DNA of 63,675 nucleotides, the filler included. It is 5 parts of 5 records of this genome, joined end to end, with 100 filler letters (N's around TTAATTAATTAA, not from the genome) between each part and the next. Parts side by side here need not be neighbours in the genome. Positions count along the whole stretch, not along the records: positions 1 to 30,201 come from SRR20825010_550; positions 30,302 to 33,553 come from SRR20825010_568; 3 more parts are not named here. One strand, given 5' to 3'. The notes beneath the pieces are model-generated. The model saw only the letters and a program-made list of their open reading frames with translations, was not told the origin of the DNA and ran no database searches. Both the position numbers and the translations under genes were made by a program. Of this stretch, positions 21,863 through 33,300 are shown in pieces (within the stretch, counting starts at the first letter, position 1; the number at the start of each line of letters is the position of its first letter).

Positions 21863-21902
21863 AAACAAGGCGGCAAAATTACGGCAAAGATCAAAACGGC
21901 AA

Positions 21903-23393
21903 TCACAGCAGGCTGCCTTGTCTCTCATCTTTTTTGGGTTCTGGTTTCGGTTTGGCTTTCGCAGCCTTTTTTGCTTTTGGCGCTGGCGGCGCGGCAGGAG
22001 GCGATGCTTCACCGTCCTGCACCTGCATGCCGCGCACCCCGTCCGAGAAGCGTACAGCCACATTATCGCCAGCGGCAAGCTGCGCCGCTTTGGTGACCGG
22101 TGTGCCGCTTGCGTCCTCCACCAAAGCATAGCCGCGCTCAAGCACCCGCTCGTACGAGAGGCTATCAAGCATACGGCCCGATGCCTGCAGCCGCGCGCCA
22201 AGGTCTTCCAGCCGCCGCCGGTACGCCGGGTTAAGCCGCCTTGACGTGCTGCCAAGTTGCTCCCCCCTATAGGTGGCCAGTTGCTTGAGCCGTCCCGCAC
22301 TCAAACCGCCCACAAGGCGATTAAGCTGGGCAGACTTGATCTGCGCCATCGCCATCAACCCGCGCGGCAAGCGCTCAGACAGATCATCCCAGCGCTGTTG
22401 CGCGAGCCCAAGGATATCCTTGGGGCTGGGTAAGCCGCGCGCGAGACCGGCCAGGCGTTCCTGCCTGTCCCGCACCGTCAGCATGCGCTGGCCTTCCAAC
22501 CTGCGACCAAGGTCCGCGATAGTGAAGCGCAGGTCTTCGCGCACAGGCACGGCTTTCTCAGCGGCCCCCGTTGGTGTTGGTGCCCGGAGGTCAGACGCAT
22601 AGTCGATCAGCGTCGTGTCTGTCTCGTGCCCTACGGCGGAGATAAGCGGTATTTCGCTCTCTGCCGCCGCGCGCACCACCACTTCTTCGTTAAATGCCCA
22701 CAGGTCTTCTATCGAGCCGCCACCGCGCGCCACGATCAGCACATCGGGGCGCGGCATCGCGCCTTTGCCGTCAATCGCGTTAAAACCTTTGATCGCCGCC
22801 GCCACTTGCGCTGCAGCCCCTTCACCCTGCACCAGCACCGGCCACACCAGCACATGACGCGGGAAGCGGTCACTGAGCCTGTGCAAAATGTCGCGAATCA
22901 CCGCGCCCGTGGGCGAGGTCACCACACCAATCACCTTGGGCAGGAACGGGATCTGGCGTTTACGGTCCGCATCAAACAGGCCCTCAGTCGCCAGTTTTTT
23001 CTTGCGTTCTTCAAGAAGCGCCATGAGCGCACCAGCGCCCGCAGGCTCCATATGCTCCACAACCATCTGGTATTTGGACCGGGCCGGATAGGTGGTGAGC
23101 TTGCCGGTACAGATCACCTCAAGGCCATCTTCAGGCACAAATGCGAGGCGCTGTGCACTGCCGCGCCAACACACGCCGTCCAGCACTGCGCTGTCATCCT
23201 TGAGGGAAAAATACACATGGCCAGAGGCCGCGCGCTTCACGCCCGACAGCTCAGCCCGCACCCGCACATGGCCAAAACGGTCTTCAACCGAACGCTTGAG
23301 CGCACCCGACAGTTCAGACACCGTAAATTCATGGGCGTTGCTACCTGAGGGCGCTTCCTCATCGCCCGGCATGCCCGGCCAATTATCTGTCAT
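21903..23393 (-). CDS. xseA: Exodeoxyribonuclease VII large subunit
   Basis: SGHVYFSLKD, TSPTGAVIRD, ARGGGSIEDLW, SAVGHETD and APTPTGAAE motifs. Confidence 0.96.
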   Translation of the reverse strand: MTDNWPGMPGDEEAPSGSNAHEFTVSELSGALKRSVEDRFGHVRVRAELSGVKRAASGHVYFSLKDDSAVLDGVCWRGSAQRLAFVPEDGLEVICTGKLTTYPARSKYQMVVEHMEPAGAGALMALLEERKKKLATEGLFDADRKRQIPFLPKVIGVVTSPTGAVIRDILHRLSDRFPRHVLVWPVLVQGEGAAAQVAAAIKGFNAIDGKGAMPRPDVLIVARGGGSIEDLWAFNEEVVVRAAAESEIPLISAVGHETDTTLIDYASDLRAPTPTGAAEKAVPVREDLRFTIADLGRRLEGQRMLTVRDRQERLAGLARGLPSPKDILGLAQQRWDDLSERLPRGLMAMAQIKSAQLNRLVGGLSAGRLKQLATYRGEQLGSTSRRLNPAYRRRLEDLGARLQASGRMLDSLSYERVLERGYALVEDASGTPVTKAAQLAAGDNVAVRFSDGVRGMQVQDGEASPPAAPPAPKAKKAAKAKPKPEPKKDERQGSLL

Positions 23394-23506
23394 GGCTGAT
23401 CCCTAACCCAGATTGTCGCATCGCGCACTTCTCCCTTGAGTGAACAGGAACCTATGATACAAGGGGGCAGCCTTCAAGCAACCCGCCACGTGACAGGTGA
23501 AAAAAT

Positions 23507-24784
23507 ATGAATATTCTCGTGCTCGGCTCCGGTGGCCGCGAACACGCCCTTTCCTGGAAAATCGCCCAAAGCCCGCTCGTAGAAATGCTTTACTGCGCGC
23601 CCGGCAATGGCGGAATTGGCGATGTTGCCACTTGTGTTGAGCTGGATGCGAGCGACCACGGTGCGGTGATAAATTTCTGCCGCGAGATGGAGATTGATTT
23701 TGTTGTTGTGGGCCCCGAGGCCCCGCTGGTTGCGGGCCTTGTTGATGACCTGACGGCAGAAGGCATCCTGGCTTTTGGCCCCACAAAGGGCAGTGCACAG
23801 CTTGAGGGCTCCAAAGGGTTCACCAAGGACATTTGCGCGAAATACAACATTCCGACAGCAGCCTATGGCCGCTTCAGAAACGCGGATGCAGCCAAGGCTT
23901 ATGTGACCGGGCAAGGCGCACCGATTGTGGTGAAAGCTGACGGTTTGGCTGCAGGCAAAGGCGTGATTATCGCGCAGACGCTTGAGGAAGCCCACGCCGC
24001 CATTGACGACATGTTCGCGGGCAGCTTTGGCGACGCAGGCACGGAAGTGGTGGTAGAAGAATTCATGACCGGTGAAGAAGCCAGCTTTTTTGCGCTGTCA
24101 GACGGTGAAAACACGCTCGCGCTTGCCACCGCGCAAGACCACAAGGCTGTAGGCGAAGGCGACACCGGCCCCAACACTGGCGGCATGGGGGCATACTCCC
24201 CCGCACCTGTGATGACAGACGCGCTGTGTGACCGGGTGATGGCGGAGATTATCAAACCCACCGTGAAGGCCATGGCAGATATGGGCCACCCCTATAAGGG
24301 TGTGTTTTTCGCAGGGCTTATGATCACAGATGAAGGCCCGAAGCTGATCGAATACAACTGCCGCTTTGGCGACCCTGAGTGCCAGGTGCTGATGACGCGC
24401 ATGACCTCTGACATCGTGCCGCTTCTGATAGCGGCAGCCAAAGGGGAGCTGAACGGCAAGACCGCCACATGGTCAGACGATGTAGCGCTCACGGTCGTGA
24501 TGGCTGCGAAGGGATACCCCAGCGCCTATAATAAAGGCACCGAGATCAGCGATATTTCTGCGGCTGAAAAAACCACCGGCGCACATGTGTTCCATGCGGG
24601 CACCAAACGGCAGGATGCCAAGCTGCTGGCCACCGGCGGGCGAGTGCTGAACGTAACCGCCACGGGCGGCAGCGTGACCGAAGCACAGGCAAAAGCCTAT
24701 AAGGCCGTGGATACCATCACATGGACTGACGGTTTCTGCCGCCGCGATATCGGCTGGCGCGCAGTTGCCCGCGAGAAAGCGTAA
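23507..24784 (+). CDS. purD: Phosphoribosylamine-glycine ligase
   Basis: [30 protein letters not shown] and RFGDPE motifs. Confidence 0.97.
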   Translation: MNILVLGSGGREHALSWKIAQSPLVEMLYCAPGNGGIGDVATCVELDASDHGAVINFCREMEIDFVVVGPEAPLVAGLVDDLTAEGILAFGPTKGSAQLEGSKGFTKDICAKYNIPTAAYGRFRNADAAKAYVTGQGAPIVVKADGLAAGKGVIIAQTLEEAHAAIDDMFAGSFGDAGTEVVVEEFMTGEEASFFALSDGENTLALATAQDHKAVGEGDTGPNTGGMGAYSPAPVMTDALCDRVMAEIIKPTVKAMADMGHPYKGVFFAGLMITDEGPKLIEYNCRFGDPECQVLMTRMTSDIVPLLIAAAKGELNGKTATWSDDVALTVVMAAKGYPSAYNKGTEISDISAAEKTTGAHVFHAGTKRQDAKLLATGGRVLNVTATGGSVTEAQAKAYKAVDTITWTDGFCRRDIGWRAVAREKA

Positions 24785-24797
24785 ATCTATCTCGTCT

Positions 24798-25901
24798 TTA
24801 AAGCCGAACAACCATGCCTTCACGCGGGTTCCCGCCCGTGTGGAACAGGGTTGAGATCACCCCTTGCGCGCCTGTCATGCCCTCGTGCACAGCAAGCCGC
24901 ATCCATGGCTCATCCCCTTCGCTTACCCGTGCATAGAACTTCTGTTCCGAAGCGCTAAAGCGCTCTGTCACCACTTTTGGGGACCAGTCTGCGTTGCGTT
25001 TCTTGATCTGGATGGGCGCGAAGAAAAACACCGGTGCCGGGCCTGGCACTTCGCCCGGGTCATAGGTTTCCGCGTTGGCAGCGGTGCCTGCAAAACAGTC
25101 ATACACCAGATCCATGCCAAACTGCTTGTGCACGGTCAGGCGCAGGTCATTGTTGCCAGAGAAGTCCACATAGGTGGTGGCAACACCGGCCTGCAGGCTG
25201 CCAAGCTCATCATAGGTGATCACATCGTCATAACAGCCGAGGCTTTTCACAAAAGCGGCATTTTTGGCACTCGTGAGGCCAATGACCTCTATGTCGTCGG
25301 CCCCTTCAAGGCAGTAGGCTGTGCCATAGGCCGTTTTGCTGGAGGCGCTTGAAACCACAAGCCGCTTCGCGCCAAAATAGTCGTTATCGCTCAGGAAATC
25401 CGCCAGCATATAGGAGGTGATGAATAGCGGGCGGAAGAGCATCTGATAATCTTCCTTGTCCGCGTGATAGCCTGCATCCGTGCTGCAGCGCGTATAGAAG
25501 TTATAAGCGGAGGTCAGCTCAAGCCGGTGGGGGATCGCATCATGGAAGCCGCGCTCATTGACCCTGTTCGGCTGCATACGGAAATGGCTGGCGATAGGGA
25601 AATAGCCGTAAAACCGCTCTCCCACCTCAATGCCGTCAACGCCGGATGCCACCACATTGGCAAACCCCCATACAGGCATATGGCCCCAGCCGTTTTTGCC
25701 TGTGGGGAAAAACTCCCAATACTTCAACCAGTCGCCCAAGGCAGCATAGGTGATATTGTTGCTGGAAAGGCCAAACCGGTCGAGCGAGACGATGATCTCA
25801 CCGTCTTTCGCATCCAAAGATTCGTCAAAATGCTCAATCGCTGTATCGCCGAGCGCTGATTTGTCTGTAAACAGCCGCGCTACTTTTGTCATGGGTGCCA
25901 T
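24798..25901 (-). CDS. DUF2855-family protein (MDR/Rossmann-like)
   Basis: NNITYA, YWEFFP, PVWGFA and SSASSKTAYG motifs. Confidence 0.75.
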   Translation of the reverse strand: MAPMTKVARLFTDKSALGDTAIEHFDESLDAKDGEIIVSLDRFGLSSNNITYAALGDWLKYWEFFPTGKNGWGHMPVWGFANVVASGVDGIEVGERFYGYFPIASHFRMQPNRVNERGFHDAIPHRLELTSAYNFYTRCSTDAGYHADKEDYQMLFRPLFITSYMLADFLSDNDYFGAKRLVVSSASSKTAYGTAYCLEGADDIEVIGLTSAKNAAFVKSLGCYDDVITYDELGSLQAGVATTYVDFSGNNDLRLTVHKQFGMDLVYDCFAGTAANAETYDPGEVPGPAPVFFFAPIQIKKRNADWSPKVVTERFSASEQKFYARVSEGDEPWMRLAVHEGMTGAQGVISTLFHTGGNPREGMVVRL

Positions 25902-26001
25902 ATATGCTCCTCCTCATCCGCAATATGACGATAGGGCACAAAAACGAGAAAGCCACCCTCTTATTGGTACAGGAATATGGCGGAACTGAGAGAGCCTAAG
26001 C

Positions 26002-27513
26002 CTAGTCGTCGTCTTCGCGGGTTTTCACCTTGAAAGGTGGGAACATGATGCTGACACGGGTGCCAACACTTGGGCGGCTGTCGATTGTCATGGTTGCGTT
26101 CAGCTTCTCAGTGAAGGCCGATACAAGCGGCAGGCCTAAGCCAGAGCCTTCATGACGGCGGCTCAGGCTGCTGTCCACTTGCCCAAATGGCCGCTTGGCA
26201 ACCTTGATCTCTTCCGCTGTCATGCCGATGCCTGTGTCCGTCACGCTAAGGCACAAACCACCGTTGCCGGTTTTCTCCAGCTTCATGGTCACCTTGCCGC
26301 CGGGCTCTGTGAACTTGATGGCGTTTGAAAGCAGATTGAGCGCGATTTGCTTGATAAGCCGTTCGTCAGCCTCAATCAGCACGCTACGGTCAAAATGATG
26401 CTCAAGCGACAAGCTGGCCTCAAACGCGCGCTGCTGCACAAGCGTCATGCACATCTCAAGGCTTTCAAGCGGATTTATCCATGTGAGATAAGCCTCAAGT
26501 CGCCCGGCTTCCACTTTCGAAAGGTCGAGAATATCATTGATGATGGACAAGAGATGCGTGCCGCTTTCATGGATATCCTGCGCATATTCCTTGTAGCGCG
26601 GGCTACCAATTGGGCCGACCATCTCATCCCGCAGGATTTCAGCGAAACCAAGGATCGCATTAAGCGGCGTCCTGAGCTCGTGGCTCATGTTCGCCAGAAA
26701 CTCTGACTTCGCACGGTTCGCAAGCTCGGCAGTATCCTTGGAGCGCTGCAGTTCCTGCGCCTGCACGAGGTCTTCCGTGATATCGCGCCCGATGAGCAGC
26801 AGCATCGGCTCACCCTCAAGGTCGATTTTTTGCGCAAAAATACGGAAGTGGCGGATCAGGTTGCCGCGGGTTTTCACCGTGGTGGGCACGTCCGTCATTG
26901 AGGCTGTCATCTTCAGCTCTTCAATAAAGCGGCCCAGGAACGTCTGATCAGCCCATATATCCAGGCCTTGTGTTGTATGGCCAATCACCTCATCGCGGCG
27001 GCGGCCAAATACATTGAGAAATGCTGGATTTACATCAATGATCTTGCCATCGGTCAATCCGGAAATGAGCATAACCTCAGGCGTGAGACGGAAGATATTA
27101 CGGAAGATGTTTTCCGCGCGCTCAAACGCGCGTTTCTCTTCCAGTTGCTCTGTAATATCATAAACGCAGGCGACAACAGCGGGCTCACCGTCCCACTCAA
27201 TCGCGTTGGCGCGGCATGAAACCCAGCGGGTTTCCCCGTCTGCGCGCAACAGCCTGAGCTCATAATTCTGCTCGGCGTCTTCTCCGCGAATGCGCTTGTC
27301 GTAATTGTCCTGCACAATGGCCTGGTCGTCGGGGTGCACCCACTGGGAAACAGGTTCATCAAGAAACTCTTCCATCGTGCCCGGATAGGCAAACATGTCG
27401 AGCGCCGTCTGATTGACAAAAATAAACCGGTCGCCTGCACGCACCATTACGCCTTCGGCCAGCGCATTCAGAAGCGCCGTGGTACCGGTGTTTTCAACCG
27501 AGATTTTTGCCAA
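26002..27513 (-). CDS. Cytoplasmic two-PAS sensor histidine kinase
   Basis: PAS motifs (VHPDD, DVNPAF), FLANMSHELRTPLNAILGFAE, NLLSNAIKFT and GSGLGL. TTG start preceded by AGAGGGGG. Confidence 0.9.
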   Translation of the reverse strand: MAKISVENTGTTALLNALAEGVMVRAGDRFIFVNQTALDMFAYPGTMEEFLDEPVSQWVHPDDQAIVQDNYDKRIRGEDAEQNYELRLLRADGETRWVSCRANAIEWDGEPAVVACVYDITEQLEEKRAFERAENIFRNIFRLTPEVMLISGLTDGKIIDVNPAFLNVFGRRRDEVIGHTTQGLDIWADQTFLGRFIEELKMTASMTDVPTTVKTRGNLIRHFRIFAQKIDLEGEPMLLLIGRDITEDLVQAQELQRSKDTAELANRAKSEFLANMSHELRTPLNAILGFAEILRDEMVGPIGSPRYKEYAQDIHESGTHLLSIINDILDLSKVEAGRLEAYLTWINPLESLEMCMTLVQQRAFEASLSLEHHFDRSVLIEADERLIKQIALNLLSNAIKFTEPGGKVTMKLEKTGNGGLCLSVTDTGIGMTAEEIKVAKRPFGQVDSSLSRRHEGSGLGLPLVSAFTEKLNATMTIDSRPSVGTRVSIMFPPFKVKTREDDD

Positions 27514-27701
27514 TGATTGGCCCCCTCTACGCAAGACTATTTCCCCGATTATGCCCCAGCACCCAACAAGTCGCTGAAATCATAGGATCACGCAAGGAAA
27601 AAGCAATGCCGAAACAATATGGCAGGCCCTATAAAAACGCTATATCGTTGGTTTATTGGAGCTCACTAAGCCCCCGGCCTCTTTAAAATAAAATCGTGAC
27701 A

Positions 27702-27777
27702 ACTATATAGACTTGATATATAGGTTTACCTATAAGTAAAAGTGGCATAAGCCACGCTAAAAAGTGGCATAAGCCAC
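27702..27777. promoter_or_regulatory. AT-rich regulatory region with a palindrome and tandem 18-bp repeats upstream of the RND operon
   Basis: TATAGGT-TT-ACCTATA (27719-27734). AAAAGTGGCATAAGCCAC at 27738-27755 and 27760-27777. Confidence 0.65.
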
Positions 27778-27792
27778 ATAACGAACGCGAGG

Positions 27793-28986
27793 ATGACAGT
27801 GAGGAAAATACTTAAGTTTGTCGCACCTATACTGGTGCTGACGGCTGGGGTTGGGTCCGTTATGGCACTCAGCGCCGCCAAAGATGCCCCTGAAAAAAAA
27901 GAAGAAGCACCGCGCCCAGTATCCCTTTATGTGGATGAGGTACGGTCGGAAAACGTTCGGCTTTCTGTCAGGACACAAGGCGAAGTTCGCCCCAAAACTG
28001 AGATTGACCTTGTGCCACAGGTTTCTGGCCGCATTGTCTCAATCTCCGATTCTTTTGCTGAAGGCGCCGGGTTCAACCCGGGTGAGGCGCTGATCCAGAT
28101 TGAAGATGCAGATTACCAGCTTACTGTGACGAGCGCAGAAGCCCGCCTTGCCGAAGCGAAAGTGAAGCTTGAGCAGGAACTGGCTGACGCCCGCATCAAA
28201 CGTAAACAGTGGCAGGACTGGGTGAAGGACGGCGAGCCAACGCCGCTTGCCCTCAATCAGCCACAGGTTGCCGAGGCTCAAGCTAAACTGCGCGCTGCAG
28301 AAGCTGATCTCGACAACGCCAAACTCAATCTTTCCCGTACCCAGATCAAGGTACCGTTCAAAGGCCGTGTCCTTGAGCGTACTGCGGGTATTGGCCAATA
28401 TGTCAATGTTGGCGCCAAGCTTGGCCGCGTGTTTGCAACGGATAAAGTTGAAGTACGCCTGCCCTTGACCGACCGTCAACTGACGGAACTTAACCTCCCT
28501 ATCGGTTTTGTTGCCGCAAACGGCAATGCGCCGAAAGTTGCGCTTCGTGCCAGCCTTGGTGGTGAAGAACATATATGGCAGGGCCGCATTGTCCGCACCC
28601 ATGCGTCGGTGGATAAACAAACCCGCCTGATGTATGCTGTTGCTGAAGTTGAAGACCCATACGGCATGGCGGCTGATCATGGCATGCCTTTAGCTGTTGG
28701 TCTGTTTGTCTCAGCAGAAATTGAGGGTGTTGTGCCACAACAGGCGCTGGTTATGCCACGCGACGCCCTCAGAAGCGAAGACAAGGTTTATGTCATTGCT
28801 GATGACAAGCTTCAGATCCGTACGGTCAATGTTCTGTCCACGTCTGCTGAGCATGTTATGGTGACATCAGGTGTCGAGCCTGGCGAACAGGTCGTAACCT
28901 CGCCAGTACGGGGCGCGCATGACGGAATGGCCGCAGTGCCGATTACCCGCAGCGCCCGGAACGATCTTGACAGCGCTTCGCGCTAG
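27793..28986 (+). CDS. RND efflux periplasmic adaptor (MFP)
   Basis: N-terminal TM, PQVSGRI, coiled hairpin, IKVPFKG and GLFVSAEI motifs. Confidence 0.92.
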   Translation: MTVRKILKFVAPILVLTAGVGSVMALSAAKDAPEKKEEAPRPVSLYVDEVRSENVRLSVRTQGEVRPKTEIDLVPQVSGRIVSISDSFAEGAGFNPGEALIQIEDADYQLTVTSAEARLAEAKVKLEQELADARIKRKQWQDWVKDGEPTPLALNQPQVAEAQAKLRAAEADLDNAKLNLSRTQIKVPFKGRVLERTAGIGQYVNVGAKLGRVFATDKVEVRLPLTDRQLTELNLPIGFVAANGNAPKVALRASLGGEEHIWQGRIVRTHASVDKQTRLMYAVAEVEDPYGMAADHGMPLAVGLFVSAEIEGVVPQQALVMPRDALRSEDKVYVIADDKLQIRTVNVLSTSAEHVMVTSGVEPGEQVVTSPVRGAHDGMAAVPITRSARNDLDSASR

Positions 28987-28997
28987 GGGAGGCAATC

Positions 28998-30201
28998 ATG
29001 AATAAGTTGATCGAATGGTGGGCACGCAATTCTGTTGCTGCCAACCTGCTGATGGTTGGTATCTTTCTGGCCGGTATAGCAGGTTTCTCATCCATGGAAC
29101 GGGAGATGGACCCACAGGTTCGTTTTCCTGGCCTTGAAATTTCCGTAAGCTGGCCCGGTGCTGGCCCACAGGAAGTGGAGGAACAAATCGTCGCGCGAAT
29201 CGAGGAATCGGTTCGTGACCTTGATAACATCGAGTGGGTACGCTCCTCCTCGGGTGAGGGTGGCGGGCAGGTTTATATTCTGGCCGAACAAAGCGTAGAT
29301 TTCACCCAATTCATGAACGACGTGAAAATCCGCGTTGATTCTATCTCAAGCTTCCCAAGCGATATCGAACCACCCCGGGTCCAACAATGGGTTAACCGGG
29401 ATGAATTTATCCGTATCGCTGTTCATGGTGATCTTGGTGAGCGTGAACTGAAACGGCTGGCTGAGAAGCTTCGCCGCGAAGCCGCACAGCTTGAAGCGGT
29501 TTCCATTGTGGAACTGTTTGGTGTACGCCGCGAGGAAGTCTCCATCGAAGTTTCAGAGGAATCGCTGCGTCGCTACAACCTGAGCTTTGCTGACGTTGCA
29601 AGTGTTATCCGCACCAACTCCCTGAACACTTCAAGCGGTTCTGTTCGCACTGAGGCTGGCGAATACCAGATCACAGCACGTAACCTTGCCGACACTCAGG
29701 AAGACTTTGCCGATATTGTCGTTCGCCAGACCGCAGACGGCGCCACCATTCGAGTGGGTGACGTCGCAACAGTGGTTGACGGTTTTGAAGATAATGAAAT
29801 CCTTGCAACCCTTAACGGCGAACCGGCTGTGCTTTTGCAGGTTATGTCAACTGAACGCATGGACATTGTAACTGCGTCCAAGTCGATCAATGAGTGGATT
29901 ACCAAGCGTCAGGACAGCCTGCCAACAGGTGCAAAACTCACGCTGTGGACAGACAATAACGAAGCCTTCCAAAGCCGGATGGAAACCATTGGCGGTTCCG
30001 CCTTCTATGGTCTTATTCTGGTGGTGATCGTGCTGATGCTCACCCTGCGGCCCAAAGTGGCTTTTTGGGTATCTGTGGGTATCGCAACAGCTTATGCTGG
30101 CGCATTCATCTTTTTGCCTGCGCTTGGCATTTCCATCAACATGCTCTCAACCTTCGCCTTCCTTCTGGTGCTCGGCATCGTGGTGGATGATGCCATTGTG
30201 G
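28998..30201 (+). CDS. RND efflux permease (AcrB/AcrD/AcrF family), 3'-truncated by the contig end
   Basis: NSVAANLLM, WPGAGPQEVEE, and TM4 motif LGIVVDDAIV at the break. Confidence 0.92.
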
Positions 30202-30301
30202 NNNNNNNNNNNNNNNNNNNNNNNNNNNNNNNNNNNNNNNNNNNNTTAATTAATTAANNNNNNNNNNNNNNNNNNNNNNNNNNNNNNNNNNNNNNNNNNN
30301 N
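30202..30301. other. Artificial contig spacer
   Basis: N44-TTAATTAATTAA-N44; the 12-mer gives stops in all six frames. Confidence 0.98.
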
Positions 30302-33300
30302 CGAAAGCTCGTTGAGCGAGAGCGTGGTGACGCCGCCGAGATAGGCGCCGTTGACCGTGAGCATGTCGCCCTTCGCATTCGCCAGGTCGACATCGATTGC
30401 AAGCGTGCCGCCGCCGGTGAGGTTGCCCGTCACCGTCATGGCATCGCCCGTCGCGCCGTTGACCGCCGAAAGCGTCGAACCGGAATTCAGGAACATGTTG
30501 CCGTTGAAGACGGTGCTCTCGTTGACCTGAAGCGTCGAGCCGTTGAGGTAGATCCCCTGGGATGCGACCGAGGTCGAGCCCACGGTGATCGCGCCGCCGG
30601 TCAGCGTCAGCATGGTATTGTCGAGGTTGAAGGTTTCCCAGTCGGTGACAAGCGAACCCGCGGTGGTCGCCGAGACGCCGTCGAAGGTCAGCGTATCGAT
30701 GCCATCACCGCCGTCGAACACCTCGGTGCCATCATAGATTGCGCCGCCGCTGAGATAAGCGGTGTCGTTTCCGGCTGCACCGTAGAAGCCGCTGTTGAGC
30801 GCGCCGCCGGTCCAGTTGAAGGCATCATCGCCGTCTTCGCCGAGGATATCGCCGGTCCAGGAGCCGCCAACAAGGTTGAAGGTGTCGTCGCCCGCGCCGA
30901 GCATGGCCGAACCGACCACAGTGCCGGCTGACGTTACGGTGACCGACCCGTCCAGATCGACAAGGGCCGCGCCGTCATGACCGCCCGAAGACGTGATCGC
31001 GGCATCCGAGCCGATCATCACCGTGCCGGTCTGCCCGGCCTCGGACTCGGTCTTGATGCCGATATCGGCTGTCACGGAACCGCCAGCAGCATTGACCGCG
31101 TAAGTCGCGCCGGTTCCGAGCGTGAATGTGCCAAGACCGATCGCCGCGCCGGGAGCGGAAGCAGTCGCGACAATCGAACCGCCCGTCATGGTGAGGCTGG
31201 CTATGCCGCCATTGTTCACCTGAGCGATGGCCCCGGCAGCGAAGATATCACCGGCAGAGCTTGCATCGAGCACGATATCGCCTGCGGTTACGACGGTCGC
31301 GTTGCCATTTTCCGCAAGCGCGCCGATGCCGACGACCGTGGCAACAGGGCCACCGCTCGCGCTGGCCTTGATATAGGAGCCAGCCTCGGAAGAGGTATAG
31401 GCGTCGCCCGCGCCATGGGCCATGCTGGCCACACCAATCGCGCCGGCAAATCCATTGGCCGCTGTCGCCGTCGCGGTGACCGAAGCCGACGACTTCACTT
31501 CCGTAACTGCGTTGCCCACGTCTTCGGTTTCAGTGCTAAAGCCGGTTGCTTCGGCATCGCCGCTGGCGCTGCTGGCCGATGCCGTGACCTTGCCGCCCAG
31601 GCTGGACAGCGCCGATCCCCCTTCCACGCCGACATTTTCGGCGCCGATCGCTTCTGCATAATCCGATCCAATAGCGGACGCGTCGATCGAAGCTCCCGCA
31701 TCGACGACCAGCCGGGCCGTGCCCGAACCGGTTATGTTGCGCAATCCGGTTGCAGAGGCATCGACAGCGCTGAGGATATCGACCTTGACGACACCTGTTC
31801 CGAGAACGCCCATGTTGGCGTCGCCGAAGCGGGAACTGTTCCAAACGCCGCCCGCCGTGACTTCATCATCGCCGCTGGCGCCAACGGAAATCAGGCCGCC
31901 CAGCATAGCGGTAGCGGAGCCTCCGGCGTCATCGGCAAAATTGGTGGCCGCCGCCGCCATTGCCTCATCGCTTGCCCATACGTCGGCAAGCAGCGTGCTC
32001 CCGGCCCCGAGGTTCAGAACTGCCTCTCCGGCGCCGTTCACTTCATTGGCCACTGCGCGCGCCATCGCGTATACGCCGCTGGCGCCGGCTGAAGCCATGC
32101 TGGCATCAAGCAGTTCGACATAAGCATCGCCGTCATTGGCGAGATTGTTCAGTGCAATGGCTTCAGCCGAAGCAGAGTCGCTGATCGCACTCGCGCTCAC
32201 GCTGCCTGAGTCAGCGAGAGCAAGCCAGGCGTTGCCCGAAGCGGAGGCATTGTTAAACCCGGTCGCATTGGTCGCGAGTTCACCATTGGCATAAGCCGTC
32301 AACCTGGTGGCTCCCGCGACAACGCCCATGGCATCGCCGGAAGCCGTGGTGTTGTCGACGGAGACGGCCGTGGCGGCATCCGTGTCGCTTATGCCCTGCA
32401 CGGCAACCTCTGCCATTTCCAAAAGCTCGATCGCGACGTCGCCGTCCTGCGCGGCATTCGTGACGCCATAGACCTCAGTAACGCCAGCAGCATCTGCCGA
32501 ACCGAAAATCATGCCCTTGATCGAAGCGAATACCGAGCCGAGCGGCCCCTGGGCGACATTGTTGACGCCGATGACGGTCGCGGTTGCACTGTCAGGGTCC
32601 AGTGTGCCTGCGCTGATCATGCTGCCCGCATCGAGTTCAAAACCGGCCGTGCCGGCCCCGCTCAACACGTTGGTCACACCATAGGCATAAACGTCGCTGC
32701 CGCTGACGCCGACGGAGACGTCGCTGCCGCCGAGCACGCGAACAATGGCATCGCCATCGACCGCACTGGCGGCGATACCCGTGGCCGAGGCGCTGCCGGC
32801 CTCGCTGTCCGCGCTGGCGATGACGCTGCTCTGGTTGTCGAGTTCGACACGGCTGTCGCCATTGTCGGAGCTGTTGCGAACAGCCACGGCGGTGGCATCA
32901 AGCTGGCTGGCGGCCAGGGCATCGACCGTCGATCCATTGTCGACAGCAGTGCGGGCGGTTCCAAGCGATGTGAAGTTATTCACGCCCGTGGCGCTTGTGT
33001 TGGCTGCGGTGCTGAAGGCTTGCGCCGAAACACCCGACATGTCGTCGATTACCGTAGACGCATCCCCTGCGGTCGAGGCGTTGAGCAAGCCCGTCGCCTT
33101 GGCGGCAAAACCGCCAAGGCCGGCGCTCGCCGCACCCGTGGCCGTGCTGGTGATCGTGCTGCCGTCGCGGACGCGAATACGCGCCTCGTTCTCCGCCCGG
33201 TTTTCGATCGCCGATGCAACTGCATAGCTGTTGGCACTGGTTGCCTCGGCGTTCACAGTGCTGGTTCCGACCACGCGCACGGCGGCATCGCCCTGCTGCG

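Noticed and set aside
21863..22300. Long N-terminal extensions in the ORF track (M23 peptidase; also hutH, pmbA, glgA, pgm, glgC, coaD and the esterase) suggesting overlapping genes or fusions
   Set aside because: These are artefacts of taking the first start codon. Downstream starts with an RBS or stop-start coupling give normal-length proteins.
27738..27777. Two palindromic direct repeats as a mini-CRISPR
   Set aside because: The repeats are only 18 bp with a 4-nt gap; there is no spacer and no cas gene.
30246..30257. Recurring TTAATTAATTAA palindrome (also at 33598, 39594 and 59902)
   Set aside because: Always centred in exactly 44+44 Ns, so it is a synthetic six-frame-stop linker and not biology.
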